Assembly (NCBI GenBank): GCA_041550555.1
Contig: JBFEOO010000007.1
Span: 22,598 to 86,597, forward strand
Length of the DNA stretch: 64,000 nucleotides
Reading direction: 5' to 3'
Source: Arenicellales bacterium
Lineage (GTDB): Bacteria > Pseudomonadota > Gammaproteobacteria > Arenicellales > JBFEOO01
Part shown: in pieces, positions 38,517 to 47,178 of the stretch
Numbering within the stretch: the stretch's first letter is position 1
Layout of the letters: each line of letters opens with the position of its first letter
The notes under the pieces: model-generated
Told to the model about the DNA's origin: nothing
What the model saw: the letters and a program-made list of their open reading frames with translations, nothing else
The model's database searches: none
Made by a program: the position numbers and the translations under genes

Positions 38517-39020
38517 ATGCGCGTCATCCTGGACCGGCTGTACGTGGTGACGGGCGCGCTCGCCGCGCTGTTTCTGGTTGCCATCGCGGTCCTGGTGCTG
38601 CTGAGCATTGGCTCCCGCCTGGCCGGCACCTACATCGCAGGGTTGTCCGAGTACGCGGGCTACTGCATGGCCGCCTCCTCGTTCCTCGCCCTGGCCTACA
38701 CCTTCCGGCACGGAGGACACGTACGCGTTCAGCTGCTGCTGCAGCGAGCGGGCGGCCGTTGGCGCCGTGCGCTGGAGCTGTGGTGCCTGGCCATCGCCAT
38801 GGCGCTGGCCGGCTTCCTCGCCTGGTACACCATCAAGACGGTGATCGTGTCGATCGAGCTCGGCGACGTCAGCGAAGGCGCCGACGCCACACCGCTGTGG
38901 CTGCCGCAGCTCGGCATGGCGACCGGCGCTGCGGTCCTCGCCCTCGCCGTGGCCGATCGCTTGCTGAACGTCCTGCGCGGCGGCGCGCTGGAGGGCGGCG
39001 CCTCCGACACCCACGACTGA
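38517..39020 (+). CDS. dctQ: TRAP transporter small permease (DctQ family)
   Basis: 167 aa with four hydrophobic helices, positioned between the DctP and DctM genes. Confidence 0.85.
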   Translation: MRVILDRLYVVTGALAALFLVAIAVLVLLSIGSRLAGTYIAGLSEYAGYCMAASSFLALAYTFRHGGHVRVQLLLQRAGGRWRRALELWCLAIAMALAGFLAWYTIKTVIVSIELGDVSEGADATPLWLPQLGMATGAAVLALAVADRLLNVLRGGALEGGASDTHD

Positions 39021-39030
39021 CGAAGCGAAC

Positions 39031-40353
39031 GTGGACGAGCTGCTGCTGACCGGCGTCTTTCTCGGCATTCTGTTCGTGCTGCTCGGCAGCGGCGTGTGGG
39101 TCGGCCTGTCGCTGATCGGTGTGGCGCTCGCCGGCATGCTGCTGTTCACCTCGCGCCCCGCGGGCGACGCCATGGCCACGACGATTTGGTCGGCCAGCTC
39201 GTCGTGGACGCTGACCGCGCTGCCGCTGTTCATATGGATGGGGGAGATACTGTTTCGCACCCGCATGAGTGAGGATCTGTTCCGCGGCCTCGCCCCCTGG
39301 CTCATGCGGCTGCCAGGACGGCTGCTGCATGTCAACGTCGCGGGCTGCGCGCTTTTTGCCGCGATCTCCGGCTCGTCGGCGGCCACCGTCGCAACAGTCG
39401 GCAAGATGTCGATCCCGGAGCTGCGCCGTCGCAACTACCCCGAGCGAATGATCATCGGCACGCTGGCCGGCGCCGGCACGCTCGGCCTGCTCATACCGCC
39501 GTCGATCATACTCATCGTTTACGGCGTCACCGTCAACGAATCCATTGCCAAGCTGTTCATGGCCGGCATCGTGCCGGGCATCGTGGTCGCGTTCCTGTTC
39601 ATGGGCTACATCGTGGTGCGGGCGCTGCTCGAGCCGCACAGCATGCCGCCGGCCGACGCGGCGTTGCGCCTGAAGGAGAAGGCGCGCGAATCGCTTTACC
39701 TGCTCCCCGTGATCCTGCTCATCATGGCGGTGCTCGGCTCCATCTATCTCGGTATCGCCACTGCCACGGAGGCTGCCGTGCTCGGCGTCGTGGGCGCCCT
39801 GCTGCTCTCCGCCCTGCAGGGGTCGCTCGACCGCAACACTTTCGTCGACAGCCTCATGGGCGCGACGCGTACGTCCTGCATGATCGCGCTGATCCTCGCG
39901 GGGTCGTCCTTTCTCTCGCTGGCCATGGGCTTCACCGGACTGCCGCGCGAGCTGGCCGCCTGGATCGCCTCGCTCGAGCTGACGCCGCTTACGCTGATTC
40001 TCGTGCTGACTCTGTTCTACATCGTGCTTGGCTGCTTTCTCGACGGCATCTCGGCGGTGGTCCTGACCATGGCGGTGGTCGAGCCGATGATTCGGCAGGC
40101 GGGCTTCGACATGATCTGGTTCGGGGTTTTCCTCGTGGTGGTGGTGGAGATGGCGCAGATCACGCCGCCGATCGGCTTCAATCTCTTCGTGCTGCAGGGG
40201 ATGACACAGCACGACATACCCTACGTGGCGCGGGCGGCGCTGCCCATGTTCTTCTTGATGTGCGTCGCGGTGGCCCTGCTGATTGCCTTCCCGGCGATCG
40301 CCACGTATCTGCCCGAGACCATGTCCCCCGCGCCGGGACGCCCGCCGACGTGA
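39031..40353 (+). CDS. dctM: TRAP transporter large permease (DctM family)
   Basis: 440 aa polytopic protein. AISGSSAATVATVGKMSIPEL is typical of DctM. Confidence 0.9.
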   Translation: MDELLLTGVFLGILFVLLGSGVWVGLSLIGVALAGMLLFTSRPAGDAMATTIWSASSSWTLTALPLFIWMGEILFRTRMSEDLFRGLAPWLMRLPGRLLHVNVAGCALFAAISGSSAATVATVGKMSIPELRRRNYPERMIIGTLAGAGTLGLLIPPSIILIVYGVTVNESIAKLFMAGIVPGIVVAFLFMGYIVVRALLEPHSMPPADAALRLKEKARESLYLLPVILLIMAVLGSIYLGIATATEAAVLGVVGALLLSALQGSLDRNTFVDSLMGATRTSCMIALILAGSSFLSLAMGFTGLPRELAAWIASLELTPLTLILVLTLFYIVLGCFLDGISAVVLTMAVVEPMIRQAGFDMIWFGVFLVVVVEMAQITPPIGFNLFVLQGMTQHDIPYVARAALPMFFLMCVAVALLIAFPAIATYLPETMSPAPGRPPT

Positions 40354-40357
40354 CGCC

Positions 40358-41377
40358 ATGAGAGCATTTCAGATTCGCGACGACTGGAGCATCGACAACA
40401 TCGTGCAGGTCGAGCTCGCCGAGCCGCGACCGGGTCCCGGAGAGGTGCTGCTGCGAATGAAGGCGGCGTCGCTCAACTATCGTGACCTGGTGGTGGCGCG
40501 GCGCGGCTATGGCGCAAAAACAGGCACACTGCCGCTCATTCCCATATCGGATGGCGTCGGCCAAGTGGTCGAGGTCGGTGACGGCGTGCGCGCGGTGGCG
40601 CCGGGGGACCGCGTCTGCCCGCTGTTCATGCAGCGCTGGCGCAGCGGGCCGCCGACGGCCGAGCGCCTCGGCGCTGCCCTCGGCGGCCCCATCGACGGTG
40701 TCATGGCCGACTCGATGGTGCTCGGCGAGCACGGCGTGGCGCGGGTCGCCGAGCATCTGAGCGATGTGCAGGCCGCGACGCTGCCCTGCGCCGCACTGAC
40801 CGCCTGGAGCGCGATCGTCACCGAGGGGCGGGTGCAGCCCGGGGAGCGCGTGCTCGTGCAAGGCACCGGTGGCGTGTCGCTGTTCGCGCTCCAGTTCGCC
40901 AAGCTCGCAGGCGCGCGCGTGTTCGTCACCTCGAGCAGCGACGGCAAGCTGCGTCGCGCGCTCGATCTTGGTGCCGACGAAGGCATCAACTACCGAACCG
41001 AGCCCGAGTGGGGCAGGCGTGCGAAGGCGCTTTCCGGCGGTGACGGCGTCGACCACGTCGTCGAGGTCGGCGGGGCCGGCACGCTGCCGCAATCGCTGCG
41101 CGCCGTGCGCGCCGGCGGCACCATCAGTGTCATCGGCGTGCTTTCGGGTGCGGCGCTGCAGGCACAGCTCGGGCTGATCGTCACTCGCCACGTTCGTCTG
41201 CAGGGCATTACCGTCGGCAGCCGCGACGGCTTCGAGGCGATGAACCGCGCCATCGCCGAGCACCGCCTGCAGCCTGTCGTCGACCGCGTCTTCGAGTTCG
41301 AGCAGCTGCGCGCGGCGCTCGACTATCTGGCGAGCGGTGCGCATTTCGGCAAGATCTGCATCCGCCACCAGCGCTGA
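40358..41377 (+). CDS. Zinc-type alcohol dehydrogenase / NADPH:quinone oxidoreductase family protein
   Basis: GPGEVLLRMKAASLNYRD and nucleotide loop VLVQGTGGVSLFALQFAKLAGA. Starts 4 nt after dctM. Confidence 0.85.
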   Translation: MRAFQIRDDWSIDNIVQVELAEPRPGPGEVLLRMKAASLNYRDLVVARRGYGAKTGTLPLIPISDGVGQVVEVGDGVRAVAPGDRVCPLFMQRWRSGPPTAERLGAALGGPIDGVMADSMVLGEHGVARVAEHLSDVQAATLPCAALTAWSAIVTEGRVQPGERVLVQGTGGVSLFALQFAKLAGARVFVTSSSDGKLRRALDLGADEGINYRTEPEWGRRAKALSGGDGVDHVVEVGGAGTLPQSLRAVRAGGTISVIGVLSGAALQAQLGLIVTRHVRLQGITVGSRDGFEAMNRAIAEHRLQPVVDRVFEFEQLRAALDYLASGAHFGKICIRHQR

Positions 41378-41677
41378 CGTCGGCGGCGGCCGCCCGCCGC
41401 GCGATCACCCGACGAGCGCGCCGGCGCGCCGCACCCGAGCGCCTCCGGGCCGACCGCGGCTCGACACCGGGTGCGGGACCGGGCGACGCCTGATGAGCCA
41501 ACCCGCCCCGGCAACCGCGCTCCGTCCTTGAAGTGCCGCGGTCTCGACCCGATCTACCCGCTTGACGTGCCCCGAACATGCGGCGCCATAAAGGGCTCAC
41601 CGAGCGCGCAAGCCGGGACACCGGAACACGCCGCTGGCGATCGACAGGCCATATCGGAACAAAACGAGGAGATATTC

Positions 41678-42082
41678 ATGACTGAACTCAGCATGGACAT
41701 TCACATCACGGACAGCTATGCCCAGGCTCTCGAGCGGGTGACCGAGGAGCTCAAGAAAGAAGGCTTTGGAGTGCTCACCCGGATCGACGTGGACAAGACG
41801 CTGAAGGAGAAGATCGGGGTCGACTTCCGCCCGTACACGATTCTCGGCGCGTGCAACCCGCAGCTCGCACACCGGGCACTCACCGCGCGAGCCGACGTCG
41901 GCATACTGCTGCCGTGCAATGTCACGGTCGAGCAGGCCGAAGACGGCGGCTCGCTGGTGCGTGTGGTGAACCCCATCGGCATGCTGAGCACGGGCGATCT
42001 GGGCGACGATCCGACGCTGCGCGCCGTGGGCGCCGAGGCCGACGAGCGGCTGCGACGCGTCGTCACCGCCCTGGCGAGCTGA
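41678..42082 (+). CDS. DUF302 domain protein
   Basis: 134 aa. EELKKEGFGVLTRIDVDKTLKEKIGVDFRPYTILGACNP matches the DUF302 core. SD GAGGAG upstream. Confidence 0.8.
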   Translation: MTELSMDIHITDSYAQALERVTEELKKEGFGVLTRIDVDKTLKEKIGVDFRPYTILGACNPQLAHRALTARADVGILLPCNVTVEQAEDGGSLVRVVNPIGMLSTGDLGDDPTLRAVGAEADERLRRVVTALAS

Positions 42083-42138
42083 CCCCCTCGACACGACGCA
42101 CGGCTCCGCCGCGATCGCGGTGGCGCCGGGGTGGCGCT

Positions 42139-43749
42139 TCAGCGCGCGCGCCGAGTCATGGCCTCGCGCGGCAGACGAATCGGAAACCGCTCACGTATGC
42201 GGGCGTCGCTAGCGGCGTCGATACAGTCCGGGAAGTGCGTGACCAGCGTCTCGCGCACGCGTTGCCGGGCCCGCTCGGCGACGTCCAATGCGCCCGCTTC
42301 CGTCCAGTCCTTGGGGCTCGAGCGATCGCTGATCTCCGGGTACACGTAATCGGTCTGCATCAAACGCATGGTCTGCGCATGGCCCAGAAAGTGGTTGGGG
42401 CCACCCAAGCAGACATCGCGCATCGCCTCCATCGACACGCTCTCCTCCGTGACTTCGATTCCCCGCACGGTTCGATTGACGGCGCCGAGCGTCTCGTTGT
42501 CGATGACGAAGCTCTCGTAGCAGGCAGCGAGCAGGCTGGCCTGCATCCCCGCCGCTTCGTACACCAGGTTGGCTCCCGAGTGGGCCGCAAGGGTGTTCGA
42601 GTACGCCTTCTCGGCCCCCGACTGGGCATCCGGCAGCTTGGCGTCGGCCATTCCGGCGGCGATGCCGGTGGGTAGATCGTAGAAGCGCCCCATCTGACCG
42701 CATGCCGCCATCAGCACCGCCTGCTCGCCGCTGCCGCCGCTCATGGCCCCGGTGCGCAGATCGGAGACGAACGGCCAGGGGCCGAATATCGCCGGATGCC
42801 CGGGAGCGATCAGGTTGACGTAAACGAGCCCCGCCAGCACCTCGGCCACCTCCTGCACGACCGCGCCGGCCAGGGCGGCCGGGCTGGTGGCGCCAGCCTG
42901 GCCCGCCGCCAGGAGCAGAATCGGCATGCCGCCGCGCACACAGGCTTCCAGCACATGACACGCGTCGGCGGCAAAACGCAAAGGCGGTACCACGAAGCAG
43001 CTCGAGCAGCTCACGAACGGCCGCTCGCGCCAGCGCTGCTCGCTGCCCGCGATGAGATGCAGCATGGCCAGCGACTCGTCGAGGTGCTGGGGAAGCACGA
43101 AGCTCGTGCCGACGTGCTTGAAGGTGCCCGCCACGCTGGCGTAGCAGGTGTTGATGTCGAGCTCCCGCGGATCACTCATGTCACGCGCCACGACCGGGCG
43201 CTGATAGAAGTGAATGTGCTCGAGGGTGTCGACCAGCCGCGCGATGTCGTAGAGATCGACGAGCGTCGAATCGCGGTAGCTGCGCGTGTCGCTCTCCACG
43301 ATGTGCACCGCAGCGCCCGCGGTGCCGAAGTACAGCCTCGAGCCGGAGAGCAGCATATCGTGCTGCGGGTCGCGCGCACACAAGGTGAAGTTACGGCCAG
43401 CGGAAGCCACGGTGTCCTCGACCAGCGCACGGGGGAACACGAGCCGGCCCGCGTCGCTCACACGCCCGCCGGCAGCGGTCACCCGCTCGATGCACGACGG
43501 GATGGCGTCGGCCAGACCGATGTGCTCGAGCACGTCGAGCACGGCGTGGTGGATACGCTCGAGCTCCGTATCGGAAAGCGGCTTGAAGGCGCCGCCGGGC
43601 AACCCCGGTCTCACCGGCCTGTGCTCCGTCGCCAGCGGCGCCTGCCGCAGCGCCCGCCGCCCGGCGCGGCCTCCCATTCGCCTTCGTGCTTGCGTCACGC
43701 GCTCGACTCCCCGTTGTGCCCGGCGCTCTGCCCGCGGATTATCCCGCAA
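42139..43749 (-). CDS. Trimethylamine methyltransferase (MttB) superfamily protein, non-pyrrolysine type
   Basis: About 510-536 aa uninterrupted ORF (no in-frame TAG). RRA-rich N-terminus, LSDTELERIHHAVLDVLEHIG, GPNHFLGHAQTM. Start uncertain (43749 or the ATG for MGGRAG). Confidence 0.85.
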   Translation of the reverse strand: MRDNPRAERRAQRGVERVTQARRRMGGRAGRRALRQAPLATEHRPVRPGLPGGAFKPLSDTELERIHHAVLDVLEHIGLADAIPSCIERVTAAGGRVSDAGRLVFPRALVEDTVASAGRNFTLCARDPQHDMLLSGSRLYFGTAGAAVHIVESDTRSYRDSTLVDLYDIARLVDTLEHIHFYQRPVVARDMSDPRELDINTCYASVAGTFKHVGTSFVLPQHLDESLAMLHLIAGSEQRWRERPFVSCSSCFVVPPLRFAADACHVLEACVRGGMPILLLAAGQAGATSPAALAGAVVQEVAEVLAGLVYVNLIAPGHPAIFGPWPFVSDLRTGAMSGGSGEQAVLMAACGQMGRFYDLPTGIAAGMADAKLPDAQSGAEKAYSNTLAAHSGANLVYEAAGMQASLLAACYESFVIDNETLGAVNRTVRGIEVTEESVSMEAMRDVCLGGPNHFLGHAQTMRLMQTDYVYPEISDRSSPKDWTEAGALDVAERARQRVRETLVTHFPDCIDAASDARIRERFPIRLPREAMTRRAR

Positions 43750-43854
43750 TGTCGGGTGATACGCTCGCGTCTCGCTGCACGGCCGAGCGCGTCCGCCGCC
43801 ACCGTGGGTGGTTGAGCGATGGCGGGTGGCTGCCGCTGGGGCGGGGCGGCGTAC

Positions 43855-44799
43855 TCATCGCGGCGAGCGCGCGCGGACCGTCGCGAGCAGAGCCGCCAGA
43901 TCGTCGCCCCGCGGCATGACTCTCTCCACCGCCACGAGACCGTGACGGCGGAGCGGTCGGGTCTGGACGCGGCCGCGGCTCAGCAAGACCCCGGAGTAGC
44001 CGAGATCGCGCACGATGGCCAGCGTGTCGTCATTGAAGTCGGGCTCGTCGCCGAACGGGATCGAGAACAGCCGACTCACGTTGAGCTCAGGGTGCGCGGC
44101 GAGCAGCGCGTGCGTTTTCTCGATCTCTTCGAGCTGCTCATGTCGCGACAACGAGGACGCCAGGTAGTGCGAATGGGAGTGGTTACCGTAGCTCACCAGC
44201 GGATCCCGCACGAGGTAGCGTGTCGAGTCGAAGCAATAATTGAGCGAGCCGAGATCGACGCCGCGCGCCGCCAGGAACCGGTCGAGAGCCGCGTCCAGCA
44301 CGCGGCTGTTGTTGCGCGCGATCTTGCTGTAGCGGTAGAAGCTCTTCCCGGCCACCGTGACGAGCTGATCGCACACCGCGACGAAATCGTCGACAAGTCC
44401 GTGAACGATCAGATAGCGTACTTTGTCGCGCCACGGCGCCCGGCCTTCGAGCGTGGCGCCGTTGATGAAGATCGTGAACGGAATCGCCAGATCCAACAGC
44501 ACCGGCATGGCGTGGGAGAAGACGCTGCGGTAGCCGTCGTCGAAGCTCAGGCAGGCAAGACCTCGCGTGCTTCGCGCCTCGGCGAACTCGTCCACCGACA
44601 CGATGCGGAAGCTGCGGCGCAGCGCCAGGAGATGCCGCCGCAGGGTGCTCACCGTGACGTTGTGCAGCTTGACGTCGATGTCCTTCGGTACGTGATCAAA
44701 GACGGCGTGGTAAAGCAGACCGACGCCGCAGCGCGTCGCCGTCGCGGCCAGCTCCGCAGCCGCCGGCGACGAGCGCCGATCACCGCCCAACTCGCTCAC
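43855..44799 (-). CDS. Polysaccharide deacetylase (NodB homology) family protein
   Basis: LSFDDGYRSVF (DD metal/catalytic motif) and YGNHSHSHY (His motif). Confidence 0.75.
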   Translation of the reverse strand: MSELGGDRRSSPAAAELAATATRCGVGLLYHAVFDHVPKDIDVKLHNVTVSTLRRHLLALRRSFRIVSVDEFAEARSTRGLACLSFDDGYRSVFSHAMPVLLDLAIPFTIFINGATLEGRAPWRDKVRYLIVHGLVDDFVAVCDQLVTVAGKSFYRYSKIARNNSRVLDAALDRFLAARGVDLGSLNYCFDSTRYLVRDPLVSYGNHSHSHYLASSLSRHEQLEEIEKTHALLAAHPELNVSRLFSIPFGDEPDFNDDTLAIVRDLGYSGVLLSRGRVQTRPLRRHGLVAVERVMPRGDDLAALLATVRARSPR

Positions 44800-44871
44800 C
44801 GGAGGCCGCCCCGCCGCGGCCCCGGGCCACCACCGTGCCCGCCCAGGCAGCTCACCGACCAGCGCTCCACC

Positions 44872-46026
44872 TCACGCGTTCACGATCAGATCGAGCGGAT
44901 GGCGGCTCAGGCGTTCGCAGCCGGCCTCGGTCACCACGACGGTGTGACCCAGCGTCATGGCGCACTCGGAGTCGCTGTCCATGAGGATCATGTGCAGGAA
45001 GAACACCATGCCGGGCCGCGCCGTCAGCGACGCCCCCCGGTAGAACATCGGCCAGTCCATCCAGGTCGGCGTAAACGTCGCGCCGAGACTGTAGCCGCAG
45101 GCGTTGAGCCGGTGCTGGTGAAAACCGGCGCGGTCCATGACGCGTGCGTGGGCGTCGAAGACATCGCCTATGGGCCGACCCGGCCGCAGCACATCCATCG
45201 CCTCGCCAAGGGCGACCACGCAGGCGTCATGCATGGCGCGGTGTTGCGCGTGCGGCTCGCCGATCACGAGCGTGCGCATGAGACAGGCGTGGTAACGACG
45301 ATACACGCCGGCGAACTCGACCGTCAGCTGGTCGCGTTTGTCGAGATGGCGTCGTCCGCTGAAGTAGCGGCACAGCAAGGCGTTACGACCCGATCCGATG
45401 ATGAACTCGTTGCCAGGGTAGTCGCCACCGCCCCGAAACACTGCACCCTGCATGGCGGCGAGAATATCGCCTTCGAACGCACCCGGGCGAGCCAGCTCGA
45501 TGACCTCGTCGAGCGCGTCGTCGGCCAGCTCGGCCGCCCGCCTCACGTACTCGAGCTCCTGCGCACTCTTGACGACGCGCATGCGGCTGACGAGGTCGGA
45601 CGCATCGACGAGCGTGCAAAACCCATCGAGGGACGCGTCCACGCGATGGCCGTTGAACGCCGTAAGACCGTAGGCGTCGCGTTCGATGCCGAGCCGCATA
45701 CCGCGCGCGGCGTACTCGTCCAGAACGCGGCGCAGCTCGTCGGCGGGGTTGCAACCCTCGGCATCGACCCACACGCGGATGTCGTCGATGACCGATGTGT
45801 GCCGGGCCTGGCGGAGATCCGCCGAGCGCGTGAGCAGAAACATATTGCCGTCGGCGCGCAGAAAAAGGCACTGGAAGAAGCAGTATCCGAAGGTATCGTA
45901 GCCGGTCAGGTGGTACATGCTCTCCTGGCGGAACATCAGCAGACCGTCGAGACCGCGCTCGACCATCGCCGCGATGGCCGCCCGGCGACGAGCGGCGAGC
46001 TCCTCTACCGCAAAGTGGATCGCCAT
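44872..46026 (-). CDS. M24-fold creatinase/ectoine-hydrolase-like protein (probably not a metallopeptidase)
   Basis: Creatinase-N-like N-terminus (GLDGLLMFRQESMYHLTGYD) plus pita-bread C-terminal fold. Positions that align by eye with the five M24 metal ligands are substituted. Confidence 0.8.
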   Translation of the reverse strand: MAIHFAVEELAARRRAAIAAMVERGLDGLLMFRQESMYHLTGYDTFGYCFFQCLFLRADGNMFLLTRSADLRQARHTSVIDDIRVWVDAEGCNPADELRRVLDEYAARGMRLGIERDAYGLTAFNGHRVDASLDGFCTLVDASDLVSRMRVVKSAQELEYVRRAAELADDALDEVIELARPGAFEGDILAAMQGAVFRGGGDYPGNEFIIGSGRNALLCRYFSGRRHLDKRDQLTVEFAGVYRRYHACLMRTLVIGEPHAQHRAMHDACVVALGEAMDVLRPGRPIGDVFDAHARVMDRAGFHQHRLNACGYSLGATFTPTWMDWPMFYRGASLTARPGMVFFLHMILMDSDSECAMTLGHTVVVTEAGCERLSRHPLDLIVNA

Positions 46027-46098
46027 GGGTCCGCCCCCGCGTTCGGTCGGCGCGCGCGTCGCCGGCGATGGGTCCCCGCGACGCCCCGCCGCGACCCG

Positions 46099-47040
46099 TC
46101 AGTCCGGCAGCGCGAAGCCGAGCTGCTCGAGCCCTTCTTGCAGAGCCTGCGCGGCGCTCTCTGCGAGCGGCACGAGCGGTGGGCGCACCGCTGCCCAGCC
46201 GGGCTCGTCGCGAAACCGCGCGACGATGCTCTTGAGCGCAGCGCACATGGGATGACCCTCGATAACCCGCCGCACGTCAGTCGCCGCGCGCTGCGCGGCG
46301 TCGGCCGACGCGTCAGCGCGCCTGCAGGCGTCGTAGACCTGGCGTATGCCATGTGGGTTCACGTTCGCCGTGGCGCTGATGCAACCGGCGGCGCCCTGTC
46401 TCAGGCCCTCGAGCAGCAGCGTCTCCGAGCCCGGAAAGATAGCGAGATGCGGGAACTGCCGCATCAGCGTCAGCGCGTGCTCGCGGACGCCCGAGCTGTC
46501 CTTGACGCCCGCAACGATGGCGGGATACCGCTCGCTCAGGCGCGCGATCAGCGCCTCGCTGAGGGGTGTCGCAGACTGTCGCGGGAAATGATAGAAGAAA
46601 AGGCGCAGATCGTCGTCCGCAACCCGGTCGATCACCGCCGCGTAGCTCCGGTACAGCCCCTCGTCGCTGACGCTTTTGTAGTAGAACGGTGGCAGCACCA
46701 GCACCTGCTTGCAACCGTGCTCTGCGGCGTGACTTGTCAAGCGAACGGTGTCGCTCAGTGCGCAGCAGCCGGTGCCCACCATGATGCGGTCGGGGTCGAC
46801 GCCCGCGCTCAGCACGTCGTCGAGCAACGCCATGCGCTCCTCGACCGAGAACGAGGTCCCTTCGCCGGTCGTGCCGAACAGCACGACGCCGTGACAGCCG
46901 TGACGCAGCAGCCACTGCATGTGCGCGATGGCGCCGTGCGCGTCGATCGCCAGCGCGTCATCGAGGGGCGTGAGCACCGGCGCCCAGACGCCTGTGGCGA
47001 GGGCCGGCTCGCTTCGGGTTGTTGCCTCGGGGCTCTGCAC
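46099..47040 (-). CDS. Dihydrodipicolinate synthase/N-acetylneuraminate lyase family (class I aldolase-type) protein
   Basis: GVVLFGTTGEGTSFSVEER and Schiff-base lysine context IVAGVKDSSG. Confidence 0.85.
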   Translation of the reverse strand: MQSPEATTRSEPALATGVWAPVLTPLDDALAIDAHGAIAHMQWLLRHGCHGVVLFGTTGEGTSFSVEERMALLDDVLSAGVDPDRIMVGTGCCALSDTVRLTSHAAEHGCKQVLVLPPFYYKSVSDEGLYRSYAAVIDRVADDDLRLFFYHFPRQSATPLSEALIARLSERYPAIVAGVKDSSGVREHALTLMRQFPHLAIFPGSETLLLEGLRQGAAGCISATANVNPHGIRQVYDACRRADASADAAQRAATDVRRVIEGHPMCAALKSIVARFRDEPGWAAVRPPLVPLAESAAQALQEGLEQLGFALPD

Positions 47041-47178
47041 GGAGACTCTCCAGCGTTGGGGGTCGGCAGCGAAGCGCGCCGTGTGGACACGCTCTCGGAC
47101 GGAGCCTATTATCGATCAAACCGGCTTTCGATGAACAGCCAAGCAAAGCGTTCACCTGCTCGCCCGTAGCGCCGACCC

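Noticed and set aside
42083-42138. 12-bp perfect palindrome CCGCGATCGCGG between the convergent DUF302 and MttB genes, as a bidirectional terminator
   Set aside because: It is loop-less and lacks flanking T/A runs. It could as well be a chance GC palindrome containing a CGATCG site.
43819-47169. 1116-aa plus-strand ORF
   Set aside because: It is antisense to the deacetylase, M24-like and DapA-family genes, all of which have clear motifs. Its composition is low-complexity (R, A, V, H, D) and it has no recognisable domain.
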